A DNA stretch of 64,000 bases, taken from contig JAFSVL010000078.1 of NCBI GenBank assembly GCA_017445015.1, positions 33,909-97,908 of the forward strand, read 5' to 3'. The notes beneath the pieces are model-generated. The model worked only from the letters and a program-made list of their open reading frames with translations, did not search any database and was not told the origin of the DNA. Made by a program: the position numbers and the translations under genes. Shown piece after piece: positions 1-10,146 of this stretch. The DNA is from Bacteroidales bacterium (GTDB taxonomy: Bacteria > Bacteroidota > Bacteroidia > Bacteroidales > UBA932). Position 1 is the first letter of the stretch; every line of letters begins with the position of its first letter.

Positions 1-1211
1 GGGCAATCAATGCCGGCGATCTCCGCATACACCTTGTCACGTGCAGCGGCAATATCCGCCCCTTCCGCCACCACCATCAGCACCCGGCCGCCGGCGGTAA
101 CCAGCCGGCCCTCCCTGACAGCGGTCCCCATATGGCAGACATGGGCCCGGACGTTTTCCAGCCCGCTGATGGGGAAGCCTTTCTCATAAGCTCCGGGATA
201 GCCCTTCGAGGCCAGCACGACACCCAGGGTCACGGCCTCGCGCCAACGGGGGCCGGCTGTTTCCGCCCCGGCGGCCACGGCGGAGAAAATCTCGTAAGCG
301 TCGCTCTCCAGCAGGGGCAGCACCACCTCCGTTTCCGGATCGCCGAAACGGGCATTGAACTCGATGACCTTGATCCCCTGCGGGGTTTTCATCAGGCCGC
401 CGTAGAGCACCCCGCTCAGCGGACAGCCCTCGCTGCACATCGCATCCGCGGCACGGCACAGGATTTCCCTGAACGCGAATTCCCTATCTTCCTCCGTGAT
501 GAACGGAAGACCGGTATAGGCCCCCATCCCGCCGGTATTGGGTCCCTTGTCCCCGTCAAAGGCACGTTTGTGATCCTGCGCAAGCGGCATGGGATAGACG
601 CGCTTCCCGTCCACAAAACACATGAAGGAAAATTCGGGCCCGGTGAGAAAGTCTTCCACCACCACCTTGCCCTTGCCGAAGGACCCGTCCAGGAGCATAT
701 CTTTCAACGCCGCCCGCGCTTCATCCGCGTCGGCGGCAATCACCACCCCCTTTCCTGCGGCCAGCCCGTCATATTTCAGCACGGCAGGGAAAGGCCGTGC
801 CAGCACATAGGACAGCGCCGCTTCATAGTCCGAAAAACTGCGGTAATCCGCCGTAGGGATGCCATATCGCTGCATCAGATGCTTGGCGAATTCCTTGCTG
901 CTCTCGATGCGGGTTGCCGCCGCCGTATGGCCGAAAATCTTCAACCCGGCGGCGCGGAAGGCATCCGCCACGCCTGCGGCCAGCGCCGCTTCCGGACCTA
1001 CGACAGTGAGGTCCACGCGCTTCTCAAGGGCAAAGGCCCTGAGCCCCTCCACATCGGTATCCTTCAACGGGACACACTCGGCTTCCTGCGCAATCCCGGC
1101 ATTGCCGGGCGCACAATAGATTTTCCCCACCTGCGGACTGCGGCCCAGTGCGGAAACGATCGCATGTTCCCTTCCGCCTCCGCCGATGACCAAGACCGTC
1201 TTCTTCATCAT
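1..1211 (-). CDS. purD: Phosphoribosylamine--glycine ligase (3' end truncated by window edge)
   Basis: Not in the ORF track. Manual translation from ATG at 1211 gives MMKKTVLVIGGGGREHAIVSALGRSPQVGKIYCAPGNAGIA, with later KYDGLAAGKGV, NTGGMGA and EFNARFGDPE motifs. Confidence 0.95.
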   Translation of the reverse strand, partial: MMKKTVLVIGGGGREHAIVSALGRSPQVGKIYCAPGNAGIAQEAECVPLKDTDVEGLRAFALEKRVDLTVVGPEAALAAGVADAFRAAGLKIFGHTAAATRIESSKEFAKHLMQRYGIPTADYRSFSDYEAALSYVLARPFPAVLKYDGLAAGKGVVIAADADEARAALKDMLLDGSFGKGKVVVEDFLTGPEFSFMCFVDGKRVYPMPLAQDHKRAFDGDKGPNTGGMGAYTGLPFITEEDREFAFREILCRAADAMCSEGCPLSGVLYGGLMKTPQGIKVIEFNARFGDPETEVVLPLLESDAYEIFSAVAAGAETAGPRWREAVTLGVVLASKGYPGAYEKGFPISGLENVRAHVCHMGTAVREGRLVTAGGRVLMVVAEGADIAAARDKVYAEIAGIDC

Positions 1212-1227
1212 TTCAGGAATGTCCTGT

Positions 1228-2346
1228 CTATCGTGTAAAAAATTTATAAATACAGGTGTGCGAATACAATTCCCCGGGCCGGAGGATGGTATCCGGGAAA
1301 CCGGGATGATGTACGGCATCCGGGAACTTCTGCGTCTCGAGGGCCAGGGAACAGCGGTATCCTATCTTTTTCCCATACTTGTCGGGATATTCGCCGAAAA
1401 AGAAATTGCCGCAGTAGAACTGCAGGCCGGGCTGGTCCGTCCATACTTCGATGCCGCGGCCCGTTTCCGGATCATAAAGCGACGCCACCTTCTCCACGCC
1501 GTCCCCGTCGCGGTCCAGCACCCAGTTATGGTCGTACCCGGGACCGCACTTGAGTTGGGCGTCATCCGCATTCACCCGGCTGCCGATGAAGGAGGGCGTA
1601 CGGAAATCCAGCGGAGAGCCGTCCAGGGGCAGGATACGTCCTGTAGGGATCAGCAGGCTGTCCACTTCCGTGGCGCGGGATGACTTGATCCACAGTTCAT
1701 AGCCGAGAATGGACCTGTCGCTCCGGCCGGAGAGGTTGAAGAAGGAGTGGTGGGACAGATTCATCGGCGTGGCACGGTCCGTCATGGCCAGATAACTGAC
1801 GGAAAATTCATTAGCTGGCGTCAGGGAATAAATCATATGGATCTTCCGATTGCCCGGGAATCCGTCCAGGCTGTCAGGAAGGACCAGCATGAAACTGATG
1901 CTGGTGTCGTTCTTTTCGACAACGTCCCAGACCAGGCGGTCCACGCCGAACTCGCCTCCGTGCAGGGTATTGCCGTTATTGTTCTGCGGGAGTGAATATT
2001 CCTCCCCGTCCAGGCTGAATTTCCCTCCTGCGATACGGTTGGCCACGGGACCTACCGCCGCACCCAGGAAGCGTTCTCCGGTATTGTTGATATACCTGTC
2101 GATATTTTCGTACCCCGTTTCTATGTCTGCGGGCTTCCCCTTGCGGTCCGGAGTCCAGAGCGTCACCACGCGGGCACCATAATTGGTCACCTGCATCGTA
2201 ACGTCTCCGTTTTTCACGGTATAGAGTTCAACTTGTTTTCCGTCCACTACGGTCCTGAATGCAACTTCGGGAAGGAGTTTGACCTTCCCGTCGCACGCAG
2301 AGAGCAACAGCCCCGTCACCGCAAAAATCAAAATCTTACTTTTCAT
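1228..2346 (-). CDS. galM: Aldose 1-epimerase (galactose mutarotase), lipoprotein signal
   Basis: ANRIAGG, LHGG, NLSHHSFFNL, YDHN and LETQKFPDA motifs; lipobox LSAC. Confidence 0.92.
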   Translation of the reverse strand: MKSKILIFAVTGLLLSACDGKVKLLPEVAFRTVVDGKQVELYTVKNGDVTMQVTNYGARVVTLWTPDRKGKPADIETGYENIDRYINNTGERFLGAAVGPVANRIAGGKFSLDGEEYSLPQNNNGNTLHGGEFGVDRLVWDVVEKNDTSISFMLVLPDSLDGFPGNRKIHMIYSLTPANEFSVSYLAMTDRATPMNLSHHSFFNLSGRSDRSILGYELWIKSSRATEVDSLLIPTGRILPLDGSPLDFRTPSFIGSRVNADDAQLKCGPGYDHNWVLDRDGDGVEKVASLYDPETGRGIEVWTDQPGLQFYCGNFFFGEYPDKYGKKIGYRCSLALETQKFPDAVHHPGFPDTILRPGELYSHTCIYKFFTR

Positions 2347-2347
2347 A

Positions 2348-3862
2348 TTAGAAAAACACTGAAAAAGAAGCGTTCAGAAAGAGCCTGCACAGGCCGCCGA
2401 AGGTCTCGGCCCCGCGGACACGCAGGTCTCCCCCGAGGGCGCAGCGACGCAGCGGCACCGTAAATCCGATGGAGAGCGCCTCCTGCATGTAATCCGCACC
2501 CAGAATAGAAATCTCGTGCGGATACCACACGCTTGCCGGCTTCCCGTCGGGATGGACGCCGTCATAACGATATTCCGAAGAGAGGTTTTTCCCTCCTCCG
2601 AGTTCCGCACCCAGGCGCAAAGCCGCCCCGCCGCGGAAAACCTGCCGCCACTCTGCACGTACCCGGGGCTTGAGCGCAGACCAGGCAAACACGCAATTCG
2701 GCTGGGCGTAACTGTCATTCTCGGATTCGTACGAGAGCGCAGCATGGAATACCCACTTCCAGTCATGCACGCTGCCCACCGTCTTATCCCAGGAAAGCGT
2801 CAGGAGATTTTTGGAATATTTGCACTGCGGAAGTTCCGACAGCACTTCCCAGATACCGTCCATATTCAATACCGTGGTCGGTTCAACTCCGGTAGTCCCG
2901 CCGTGGGAAAAGGCAATGCCTGCACGATGTCCCCGTCCGAAGCGCATATCCCAGCCGAGATTCGCTTCAAAGAGCCTCGTGCGCCCCTGAAGCCGGGGCT
3001 GTGTCGCGCTCTCGGTGATATTGGTCAGATGATAACGAAGGTCGGCATGAAGCAGCCAGGGCAGCCGTCCGGTCCCTTCATACTGCACGCCCGCGCCCAT
3101 GCTGTTGCAGCGGAAATACATCGTCTTCATCGAATTTCCTCCGACGACATTGTCGATGTAATTCCCCAGCCCCCGCAGCACATACACCATCTGGTTCACC
3201 TCCGTATTGCTGAGGGTCGGCGTCGAACGCTCAAAGGTATTGGCATAATGGAGGTGGAAACCGAAATTCCCCTTATGCCCCCGGAAAATCAAAGAGGGGG
3301 TAAGTGCGACGCTGTAATGGTAAGACTCGGCACGGGGGTCGTTCTGTTTGGCCGCAATCCGGTCCGTGTAGGCCACATGCAGCCCCCCGATGACTTTGTC
3401 CCGCGCAAGGGGCATCGCCGCCTTGAATTCCAGATTATAGGCCTGCCTTCGCCAGCCGCTCTCCACGCTGTCGGCTACGCTGTACAGGAAACGGGTATCG
3501 AAAGGATCATATAGAAGGGTATTGTAACTGCTCCCTTCCGAAGCGATATAATCGTAACTGAAGTGCCCCCAAAGCTTGACTTTCCCCGCCTTGACGGCGC
3601 CTTCCGTGTCAAAGGAAAAATCGGAAACGGACTTTCCCTCTGGCAGGAGCCTGTACTCCCCGGTCCCGTATAGATAACGGAGCGAGACACTGCTGTGCGA
3701 CTTCAGGGAATCGGTCACCAGGCCGGCGGCATTCCCCGATGCCGTCATCCACGCCCGCTCGTTTTCCAGACGCAGGGAGGTGGGATCCGGCAAGGAAAGC
3801 TGCGCCCCCGCCCCGAAGGAGAGGAGGCACAGCGTCAGCGATATAAGCGCTTTTTCAAACAT
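2348..3862 (-). CDS. Outer-membrane beta-barrel protein (DUF6850-like)
   Basis: Signal peptide, NAAGL N-terminal motif, KQNDPRAE motif, alternating beta-strands, C-terminal Phe; lies downstream of a TBDR and a DUF4876-like gene. Confidence 0.7.
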   Translation of the reverse strand: MFEKALISLTLCLLSFGAGAQLSLPDPTSLRLENERAWMTASGNAAGLVTDSLKSHSSVSLRYLYGTGEYRLLPEGKSVSDFSFDTEGAVKAGKVKLWGHFSYDYIASEGSSYNTLLYDPFDTRFLYSVADSVESGWRRQAYNLEFKAAMPLARDKVIGGLHVAYTDRIAAKQNDPRAESYHYSVALTPSLIFRGHKGNFGFHLHYANTFERSTPTLSNTEVNQMVYVLRGLGNYIDNVVGGNSMKTMYFRCNSMGAGVQYEGTGRLPWLLHADLRYHLTNITESATQPRLQGRTRLFEANLGWDMRFGRGHRAGIAFSHGGTTGVEPTTVLNMDGIWEVLSELPQCKYSKNLLTLSWDKTVGSVHDWKWVFHAALSYESENDSYAQPNCVFAWSALKPRVRAEWRQVFRGGAALRLGAELGGGKNLSSEYRYDGVHPDGKPASVWYPHEISILGADYMQEALSIGFTVPLRRCALGGDLRVRGAETFGGLCRLFLNASFSVFF

Positions 3863-3876
3863 GCCTGCTGCGCCGT

Positions 3877-5106
3877 CTAACGTCCCCAGGTCGCCCAGGA
3901 AGGACGCTTGGCACCGTCACGGCGGATGGCGGGAGGAGTTACGACCTCGAAGTCCTCGGTAGTATTGTTGGTATCCTGATAGACCTTGCGGCCGTCCTCA
4001 AGGGTACTGGCAACCTTGCGGACAATGCTTTGATTGTTTCCGGTCGTAGCACAGAAAATCTTTCCTGCATCGAGCACGTCGGGAAGTTTCTTGTCCGTGG
4101 TGGCGTTCTTCACGCAGTCGATGGCGTCGAACACGTCGGAGATAAGGATTTCCTGCCCGTAGTTGTTCGCCTTGTCGGACTCCAGGTATTCGCCGTCCTT
4201 GCGCAGGCCCTCGCTGGGATAGAAAAGCACCCAGGCCGTCCCCGTGAAGTTCCCGAACTGGTTGGCAAGGCCGGTCTCCTTGATGGTGCAGGCGAGCTTC
4301 ATGTTGGGAGCCGCTTCGTCCACCTGTCCCTTGTCGATATATTTCTGGCAGATGCACTCGAATTCCGCCTGGCTGAGGTCGATCAGGCCCTCGCCCACGA
4401 GTCCGTGGTCGCCCGCGGAAGCGGCGATGACCGCAGATTCGCCGGGAGCGAGGGGATACTCGCTGCCGTTGCCGGGAATCTGCCACACATAGGTACCGAT
4501 CCAGATATATTCGCTGACGGGGTGCTTGAGCTTGTCCGCCTGATGGGCAAAATTGAAAGAGTTGATTCCCAGGGGGTCACCGATACAGACACCGTCAAGA
4601 TAAACCGTCTGTTCTCCATTGTTGTAAACCTCGAAGAAAGTATCCTTGAGATAACTGGCCGATTTCCCGGTGACGGGGTTGATGTACTTGTTGGCGTTGT
4701 AATGCACTTCCTTGAAAATCAACGGCGAGGACTTGGTAACATTCATCTGCACGTTGAGACGAGACTCGACAAAGGGCTTGAAGGTAACGTTCTTGAGCGT
4801 TCCAAGGCAGTTGTAGATAATGCCGTTCCTGGAATACTGGGAACTGGCCACGATATCATAAACACCGGGAACGACGCCGGAGAAGTCGAGCGTCTCGCCG
4901 GCCCTGGCCTCAAACTCATACGCCTGGGCCGTACCTACATTCGTAAGGACGACTTTGACGGGTTCGTCAGCGGCGGCAGCGGCAGCCTCGCCGAAATCCA
5001 GACTTACCGTACCCTTGTTGCTGACGACTTCCCCGTTGGGGAAATCGCAGGACGCAACAGAAAGCGCCGCGATGGCCGCGGCAAAAAGCAAAGAGATTCT
5101 TTTCAT
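3877..5106 (-). CDS. DUF4876-like lipoprotein
   Basis: Lipobox VASC after MKRISLL (ATG 5106; track start 5118); LIFKEVHY, FFEVYNN, PGNGSEYPLAPGE and YQDTNNTTEDF motifs. Confidence 0.75.
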   Translation of the reverse strand: MKRISLLFAAAIAALSVASCDFPNGEVVSNKGTVSLDFGEAAAAAADEPVKVVLTNVGTAQAYEFEARAGETLDFSGVVPGVYDIVASSQYSRNGIIYNCLGTLKNVTFKPFVESRLNVQMNVTKSSPLIFKEVHYNANKYINPVTGKSASYLKDTFFEVYNNGEQTVYLDGVCIGDPLGINSFNFAHQADKLKHPVSEYIWIGTYVWQIPGNGSEYPLAPGESAVIAASAGDHGLVGEGLIDLSQAEFECICQKYIDKGQVDEAAPNMKLACTIKETGLANQFGNFTGTAWVLFYPSEGLRKDGEYLESDKANNYGQEILISDVFDAIDCVKNATTDKKLPDVLDAGKIFCATTGNNQSIVRKVASTLEDGRKVYQDTNNTTEDFEVVTPPAIRRDGAKRPSWATWGR

Positions 5107-5118
5107 GCTACAATACAT

Positions 5119-7932
5119 TTAAAAAAGTTTTACTTTAAGTTCAAATCCGAAGTATATGGGATTGTTCAACTCCGTAAAGGCGCCTTTCGTCACCTCGGAA
5201 GGGTCGAGCGGGCGGGAATTGAACAGGTTGTTGACATAGAAGGACGCGGTGAGGAATTTCCTGAACTCCTTGGACACGTTAAGGTTGAACACGACCGTCG
5301 GGATGGTGTGGCTGACGATGAAACGGCTGTCGGAACGCTGCGTCAGCATATATTTGAAGGCGTCGTCTTCCGCCATCTGCGCCGTAAAGGGATAGACCTG
5401 GCCGTCATCGTTGGAAATATAGCGGGAAGGGTAAAGGTCGTTCCCGTACACCGTCCAGTTGCGTGTATAGAAGTTCATCTGGGTCGTGAGCGTCACCACA
5501 AAGCCGATGGACGGAATATTGTGGGTAATGCGCAGCGTTGTCAGCGCCTTTTCGCGATGATACCGCCATGTTCCCGGCTCGTAGATACCCACATGGCTGT
5601 TGACCGTGCTTCCGCCCTGCATTTTCTGGTCAAAGGTACAGCCTTCGGACCAGGTCTCGGTATGCATCCATGCCCCGTTCAGGAAGAAGGAGGTCCGGAT
5701 GGCATCGAAACGGCCCAGGTTCAATTCCCACTCGATACCATAATTGTGTTCGGCCGCCGTATTCATGGGCTTGTAGTAGGAAAAGAAGCGCTGCGTGTCA
5801 AAATCCGGGGTGAACAAAGGAGCCCCGTCCCCGGCAAAACCGCTTCGTTTCCAGGTCTTGTACGGCAGCAGCACCCAGGAAGAGAGGTCTCTCCCGAAAC
5901 TGTAGCCGTTTTTCATTTGCTCGTCGTAAAAGGTCAGGGACAGACGGTAACGCCGGGCGACCACCAGGTCGAAGCCCACCTCGGCCTTCCGGTTCCGGGC
6001 CATTTTGAGTTCAGGATTGGAGGTGTCGAAGACATAGGTGGTCGCCACCACGGTCTTGGCCGGATCCGAAGGGTTCAGTTCCGGCGTATTGACGTTGATC
6101 TGGTCGTAGTACGCGTTGTTGGGATAAAGATAGGACGTCGTGGGAGCCTTGGATGTAATACCGTAGCCTGCACGCAGGGTCCAGACGGAGGGAATCAGTT
6201 CAAAGGAGAAGTTCACCCGAGGGCACAGGGCGCTCAGGCCGCCGGCATAATCATAGCGCAGTCCCGCGGTAAGATTCAGCGTCCGTTTCCAGAACTTCGT
6301 CCGGAAAGAGTCCTCCACGAATACCCCCAGCTGGTTCAGGAAAGGAATGTCCCAAAGGGGACGCGGCCGGAATCCGGCCTCTGCGTTTCCGCTGTGCGAA
6401 GGCGGGGCCTCCGCCGCATAGACCAGCCCCTGCCCGAGGTTGCCGTCGGTTTTGAAATCGGCCCCGGCAAGAATGCGGTTCCCCGTCTCGCCCCAGGACT
6501 TGTAGAGGTTCAGCGTCAGTTTGGCGAATGCGTTCAGTTCCTTCCCATAGAAATCGTAATGTGAGAAATAGTAATAGGGCAGGATCGTGGCAAACGCATC
6601 GTTGGATTCCGAATACCGGGTGATTTCACTGCCGTCGGCGGCAAATATACGCCCCTTCCCGTTCGAAACCGCTTCCCCGTCACGCATGTTCGTGGAGTAA
6701 ATCCGGTCGCCCCTGATGTTGTTTTCATACCAGGAGGCCTTGTCCGTATAACTTGCGGCCAGGTCAAAACGCAAATTCTTGAACCAGCCGCGGTCGATGT
6801 TCCAGTTGCCGTTCACGGCGACCCGGCCGCCGATCCGGGTGCCTCCCGTAGCCAGTGCCGTACGTTCTTCATCCGGATTGGGATTGCGGATATCCCGCCC
6901 GTAACGGGCGTCCGCGGAGAAAGACATGTTCAGATCGCCGAACCGGCGGGTAAACATCGCCTTGAAATTGGCCCGCTGATAATTGGCATACGCCTCCGTC
7001 GTCTTGGCATTGGAATAGGCATAATCCCCGCTGAGGTGTACTTCCCCGAGTCTGCCGGGCATCCGGAAGCCTTTGGAAATGGCCGCCTGCCATATCTTGG
7101 GGTCTGTCTTGAGCCGGACGGTAAGGGGCTCTGCACCGGCCTTGGAATTGATGATGACCGCCCCGGAAGTGAGGTCGCCGTACTGGACGGAAGGGATGCC
7201 GCGGATAACCTCGACGGATTCAATATTGTCGGTAGAAATCTGCCGCACGTCGATTCCCGTATTGGGCGCCGCGGACGAGGTGGCCGTCCCTGTCGAAGCT
7301 ACGCTGGACGACACGCCGGTAATAGCCGTGGAAATCCCCTCCATGTTGGCATTGTTGGACATGGGGGCGCCGTCCACGATGACCGCCGTACCCAGGCTGT
7401 TCATCGAAGTGGGATCCGCCGTGCGCAGCGACAGCGTCTGGGTTGTACTGAGGTCCGGGTTGGAAAAGCTCACGCCCGGAAGCAGTTGCATGATATCCCC
7501 CAGAGAACTGGTCTGGCTGTGGTCGATGGCCTGGCGGGAAATGGTGGAAGCGGTGGATTCTCCGGCTTTCGAGGCCTCGGCCACCACATTGACCTCTTCC
7601 AGGCGGAATGATGTCTCCTTGAGGGAGAAATCCCGTTTCAGCACGACTCCCTTCCGGATTTCGAGCGTAGTCTCCAGGGTCTCATAACCTATCAGCTGTA
7701 TCGACAGTTCATAGTTTCCCTTATCCAGATGCCTGAAAGAAAAACGCCCGTCGGCACCGCTTACCGCATAGATGCCCGCCGGCTTCAAAAGAAGCACGGC
7801 CGACGGAAGCGGTTCGTCTCCGCAGAGCACGCGGCCCTCCAGGCCTCCGCCGGCACTTTGGGGAGAGGCCTGAACGCCCATCAGGCACAAGAGAGCCAGT
7901 TGCAGGAATATGCTTTTAGCGTAAATGCGCAT
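5119..7932 (-). CDS. TonB-dependent receptor with N-terminal carboxypeptidase-regulatory-like domain
   Basis: Plug motif DNIESVEVIRGIPSVQYGDLTSGAVII, beta-barrel pattern, C-terminal FGFELKVKLF; likely ATG at 7932 (track start TTG 7941). Confidence 0.9.
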   Translation of the reverse strand: MRIYAKSIFLQLALLCLMGVQASPQSAGGGLEGRVLCGDEPLPSAVLLLKPAGIYAVSGADGRFSFRHLDKGNYELSIQLIGYETLETTLEIRKGVVLKRDFSLKETSFRLEEVNVVAEASKAGESTASTISRQAIDHSQTSSLGDIMQLLPGVSFSNPDLSTTQTLSLRTADPTSMNSLGTAVIVDGAPMSNNANMEGISTAITGVSSSVASTGTATSSAAPNTGIDVRQISTDNIESVEVIRGIPSVQYGDLTSGAVIINSKAGAEPLTVRLKTDPKIWQAAISKGFRMPGRLGEVHLSGDYAYSNAKTTEAYANYQRANFKAMFTRRFGDLNMSFSADARYGRDIRNPNPDEERTALATGGTRIGGRVAVNGNWNIDRGWFKNLRFDLAASYTDKASWYENNIRGDRIYSTNMRDGEAVSNGKGRIFAADGSEITRYSESNDAFATILPYYYFSHYDFYGKELNAFAKLTLNLYKSWGETGNRILAGADFKTDGNLGQGLVYAAEAPPSHSGNAEAGFRPRPLWDIPFLNQLGVFVEDSFRTKFWKRTLNLTAGLRYDYAGGLSALCPRVNFSFELIPSVWTLRAGYGITSKAPTTSYLYPNNAYYDQINVNTPELNPSDPAKTVVATTYVFDTSNPELKMARNRKAEVGFDLVVARRYRLSLTFYDEQMKNGYSFGRDLSSWVLLPYKTWKRSGFAGDGAPLFTPDFDTQRFFSYYKPMNTAAEHNYGIEWELNLGRFDAIRTSFFLNGAWMHTETWSEGCTFDQKMQGGSTVNSHVGIYEPGTWRYHREKALTTLRITHNIPSIGFVVTLTTQMNFYTRNWTVYGNDLYPSRYISNDDGQVYPFTAQMAEDDAFKYMLTQRSDSRFIVSHTIPTVVFNLNVSKEFRKFLTASFYVNNLFNSRPLDPSEVTKGAFTELNNPIYFGFELKVKLF

Positions 7933-10054
7933 TGTCCTCAAGCCTTCTTATGCTGCGGGTCACCTCATCGGCAACCTCCACATCCTTGATGTCAAGCCCC
8001 TTGAGCGCCTTGTAAATATCCGCCCGTTTCACGGAATAGACATACCAGCCGAGCGCCTCCGCAGCCTTGCATCTCAGGCCGGCATCCCCGCCTTCGTCCG
8101 CAATCACTTCCAGCATGGGGGCTACGGCCGAAGGGTTGCAGGCATTGCGCTGCGCACTCACCGTCATGGAACGTTCCTTGAGCGAGGCCTCACCGGGACG
8201 GGAAATGGCGGCAAACTCCGTCTCCGATGAAATTCGAGACTTCTGAATCCTGGAAAGGAAAGCATCATAATCTTCACGGACAGGCCAGATTCCGTCGTAA
8301 TACCGATTGAAAGCGGCTTGCAAATCTTCGAAAGGATAAAGGCCGAAGGCATTCAGCAGGTGATAACGTACCCTGGAAGTCTCAAGCGGATTCAGATAGC
8401 GCTGTACGAGAAGCGGCAGCAGGGCGGGGTCGCCGCACTGTTCGGCATAGCGGGCAGCCATCCGGCGGATCAGTTCGTAGGAATCGCCCAGACCCGTCCG
8501 GATTGCGGCACCGAGTTCCTGCACGGATGCCGCGTTGCGTACGGAAAGCATGAATTTCTCCATCCGGAGGTTCATCGAAGCCCCGGGATCCACGTCTGCC
8601 CCGCATTTCATGGCATAAGCGCGCACATCCACCGGCGTACAGCGGGAAAGCCGCTTCAACTGTTTCGCGGAAGGGCCGGAAGCCACGATGGCATCCAGGT
8701 CCGCCGGAACGCCGGGTACGGCGGCAAAACGGAAGGTCGGATCCCCGAAGAGATGCGATTCGAGCGTCATATTGCACTTTGCCCAGTTCCCCACGCAGAC
8801 GCCGCAGGAAAGCAGGCCCGCGAGTTCATTCTTCCAATGGTCCTGGATGATGTTCACGCTGTTGCCGAAGACGGCCAGCGAAGCGCTGCCGTGCGAGAAG
8901 GCATAACGGGCGGCTACATAATCATCATGAAGGAATGCACCGTTGAAGCAGGCATCCAGGATCAGGAGCCTTACTCCGGAGGCATAGCCGTCCAAGTCGG
9001 AGAGTACCAAATCCACCGAAGCCGAGCGCAGGGAATCCTGAAGGGCCAGCACAGGGTCGTCCCAGTCTTCAAGCCAGCTTGCGGGCACCCCGTAAGACTC
9101 CATCAGGGACGACTTGAGCTTTTCCCGGTCTTTTTCCTTGGCGGAACGCATCTTGCCCCGAAGGAACGCCCTGGCATTGCGGATATGCTCCGAGGCCATG
9201 AAGGTATAGGGTTCCTTGCTCAGGTACTGTGCCCTTACTCCGCCGTGCGTATGCAGATGGGCATAATCCAGATTTTTGTCGGCAAGCACGGACTTGAGCC
9301 TCGCCCGGATGACACGTTCCTCGTCAAAATTAAGGAAACTGACGCTTCCTCCGACCCCGTCGATGGAAAACTGCTCATACATCGCACGGTTTTCATCAAT
9401 CCGCGCATTGATGCTTTCAGAACTGTTGCCATGGCCGCCGAAGTGGAACAGCCGGTCCAGCGGCTGCGGAGCCTCCGCCTTCGCTGCGGCGGCCCGGTCA
9501 AGGAATTCGGCGACAAGGTCGGTAAAGGAATGTGACGGGTCTGTCTTCGGCGGTTTGATGCGGGCCGTATAGATATCGCATTTCACGAACTGGTCCCCTT
9601 CCGGCTGAAGGTCATAATACCAGAGCGCACCCTCGTTCTTCAGGAATTTGAAACGCAGGCCGAAATCATCGTAGAAACGGTCTGAGGGGATGGATGAACG
9701 TTTCCAGGGCATCGACGGATTCATCTTGAAGGCAGTGGCCAGATGATGCGCACGCCGGATCATCGGGACCGGGATATCCCCGACAAGCACCGCGCCTTCG
9801 AGGCCCTTCGCGTCATGCAGGGACCGGAGGGTATCGCGGATGACCGACGGGGACCAGGCAGGAGCGGCGACAAGCACAAGCGCCTCTTTCCGGTCGAATT
9901 TCCGGATTGCGGAAGCATACTTTTCAACAGAAGAGCCCACTGCGCTGAACGTAGCGGAGTCCACGACAATCGCAACGGGGGTTCCCGTCCCGGCTTTCCC
10001 CGACGCGGCAAGCGCGAGGCTCAATAGCATTACTATCAGTCCAAACCTTCTCAT
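7916..10054 (-). CDS. Secreted C25 (gingipain)-like cysteine peptidase domain plus C-terminal HEAT-like helical repeats
   Basis: Sec signal; AVLVGD, SDRFY, HTHG, DACFNG and LFGDP motifs; helical repeats ELIRRMAARY and LRCKAAEALGW. Confidence 0.65.
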   Translation of the reverse strand: MRRFGLIVMLLSLALAASGKAGTGTPVAIVVDSATFSAVGSSVEKYASAIRKFDRKEALVLVAAPAWSPSVIRDTLRSLHDAKGLEGAVLVGDIPVPMIRRAHHLATAFKMNPSMPWKRSSIPSDRFYDDFGLRFKFLKNEGALWYYDLQPEGDQFVKCDIYTARIKPPKTDPSHSFTDLVAEFLDRAAAAKAEAPQPLDRLFHFGGHGNSSESINARIDENRAMYEQFSIDGVGGSVSFLNFDEERVIRARLKSVLADKNLDYAHLHTHGGVRAQYLSKEPYTFMASEHIRNARAFLRGKMRSAKEKDREKLKSSLMESYGVPASWLEDWDDPVLALQDSLRSASVDLVLSDLDGYASGVRLLILDACFNGAFLHDDYVAARYAFSHGSASLAVFGNSVNIIQDHWKNELAGLLSCGVCVGNWAKCNMTLESHLFGDPTFRFAAVPGVPADLDAIVASGPSAKQLKRLSRCTPVDVRAYAMKCGADVDPGASMNLRMEKFMLSVRNAASVQELGAAIRTGLGDSYELIRRMAARYAEQCGDPALLPLLVQRYLNPLETSRVRYHLLNAFGLYPFEDLQAAFNRYYDGIWPVREDYDAFLSRIQKSRISSETEFAAISRPGEASLKERSMTVSAQRNACNPSAVAPMLEVIADEGGDAGLRCKAAEALGWYVYSVKRADIYKALKGLDIKDVEVADEVTRSIRRLEDNAHLR

Positions 10055-10059
10055 ATTTG

Positions 10060-10067
10060 CAAAAATA
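10060..10067 (-). promoter_or_regulatory. Bacteroidota sigmaA -7 element (TATTTTTG) for the C25-HEAT/TBDR operon
   Basis: Matches TAnnTTTG; 5 nt upstream of ATG 10054. Confidence 0.65.
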
Positions 10068-10132
10068 CTTCAAAAGTTTTTCAGATGCAATAATAAGTTT
10101 TGATGATATTTTCCGAATCCTGCGATTTTGAC

Positions 10133-10140
10133 TATATTTG
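10133..10140 (+). promoter_or_regulatory. Bacteroidota -7 element (TATATTTG) for gmk-nadD
   Basis: Matches TAnnTTTG; 6 nt upstream of ATG 10147. Confidence 0.65.
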
Positions 10141-10146
10141 CCGGGT

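Noticed and set aside
132-1238. 368-aa plus-strand ORF
   Set aside because: Antisense shadow of purD, which the track missed because it runs off the window edge.
4030-6564. 844-aa plus-strand ORF
   Set aside because: Antisense to the DUF4876-like and TBDR genes; no motifs; long shadow ORFs are expected with GC-rich codon bias.
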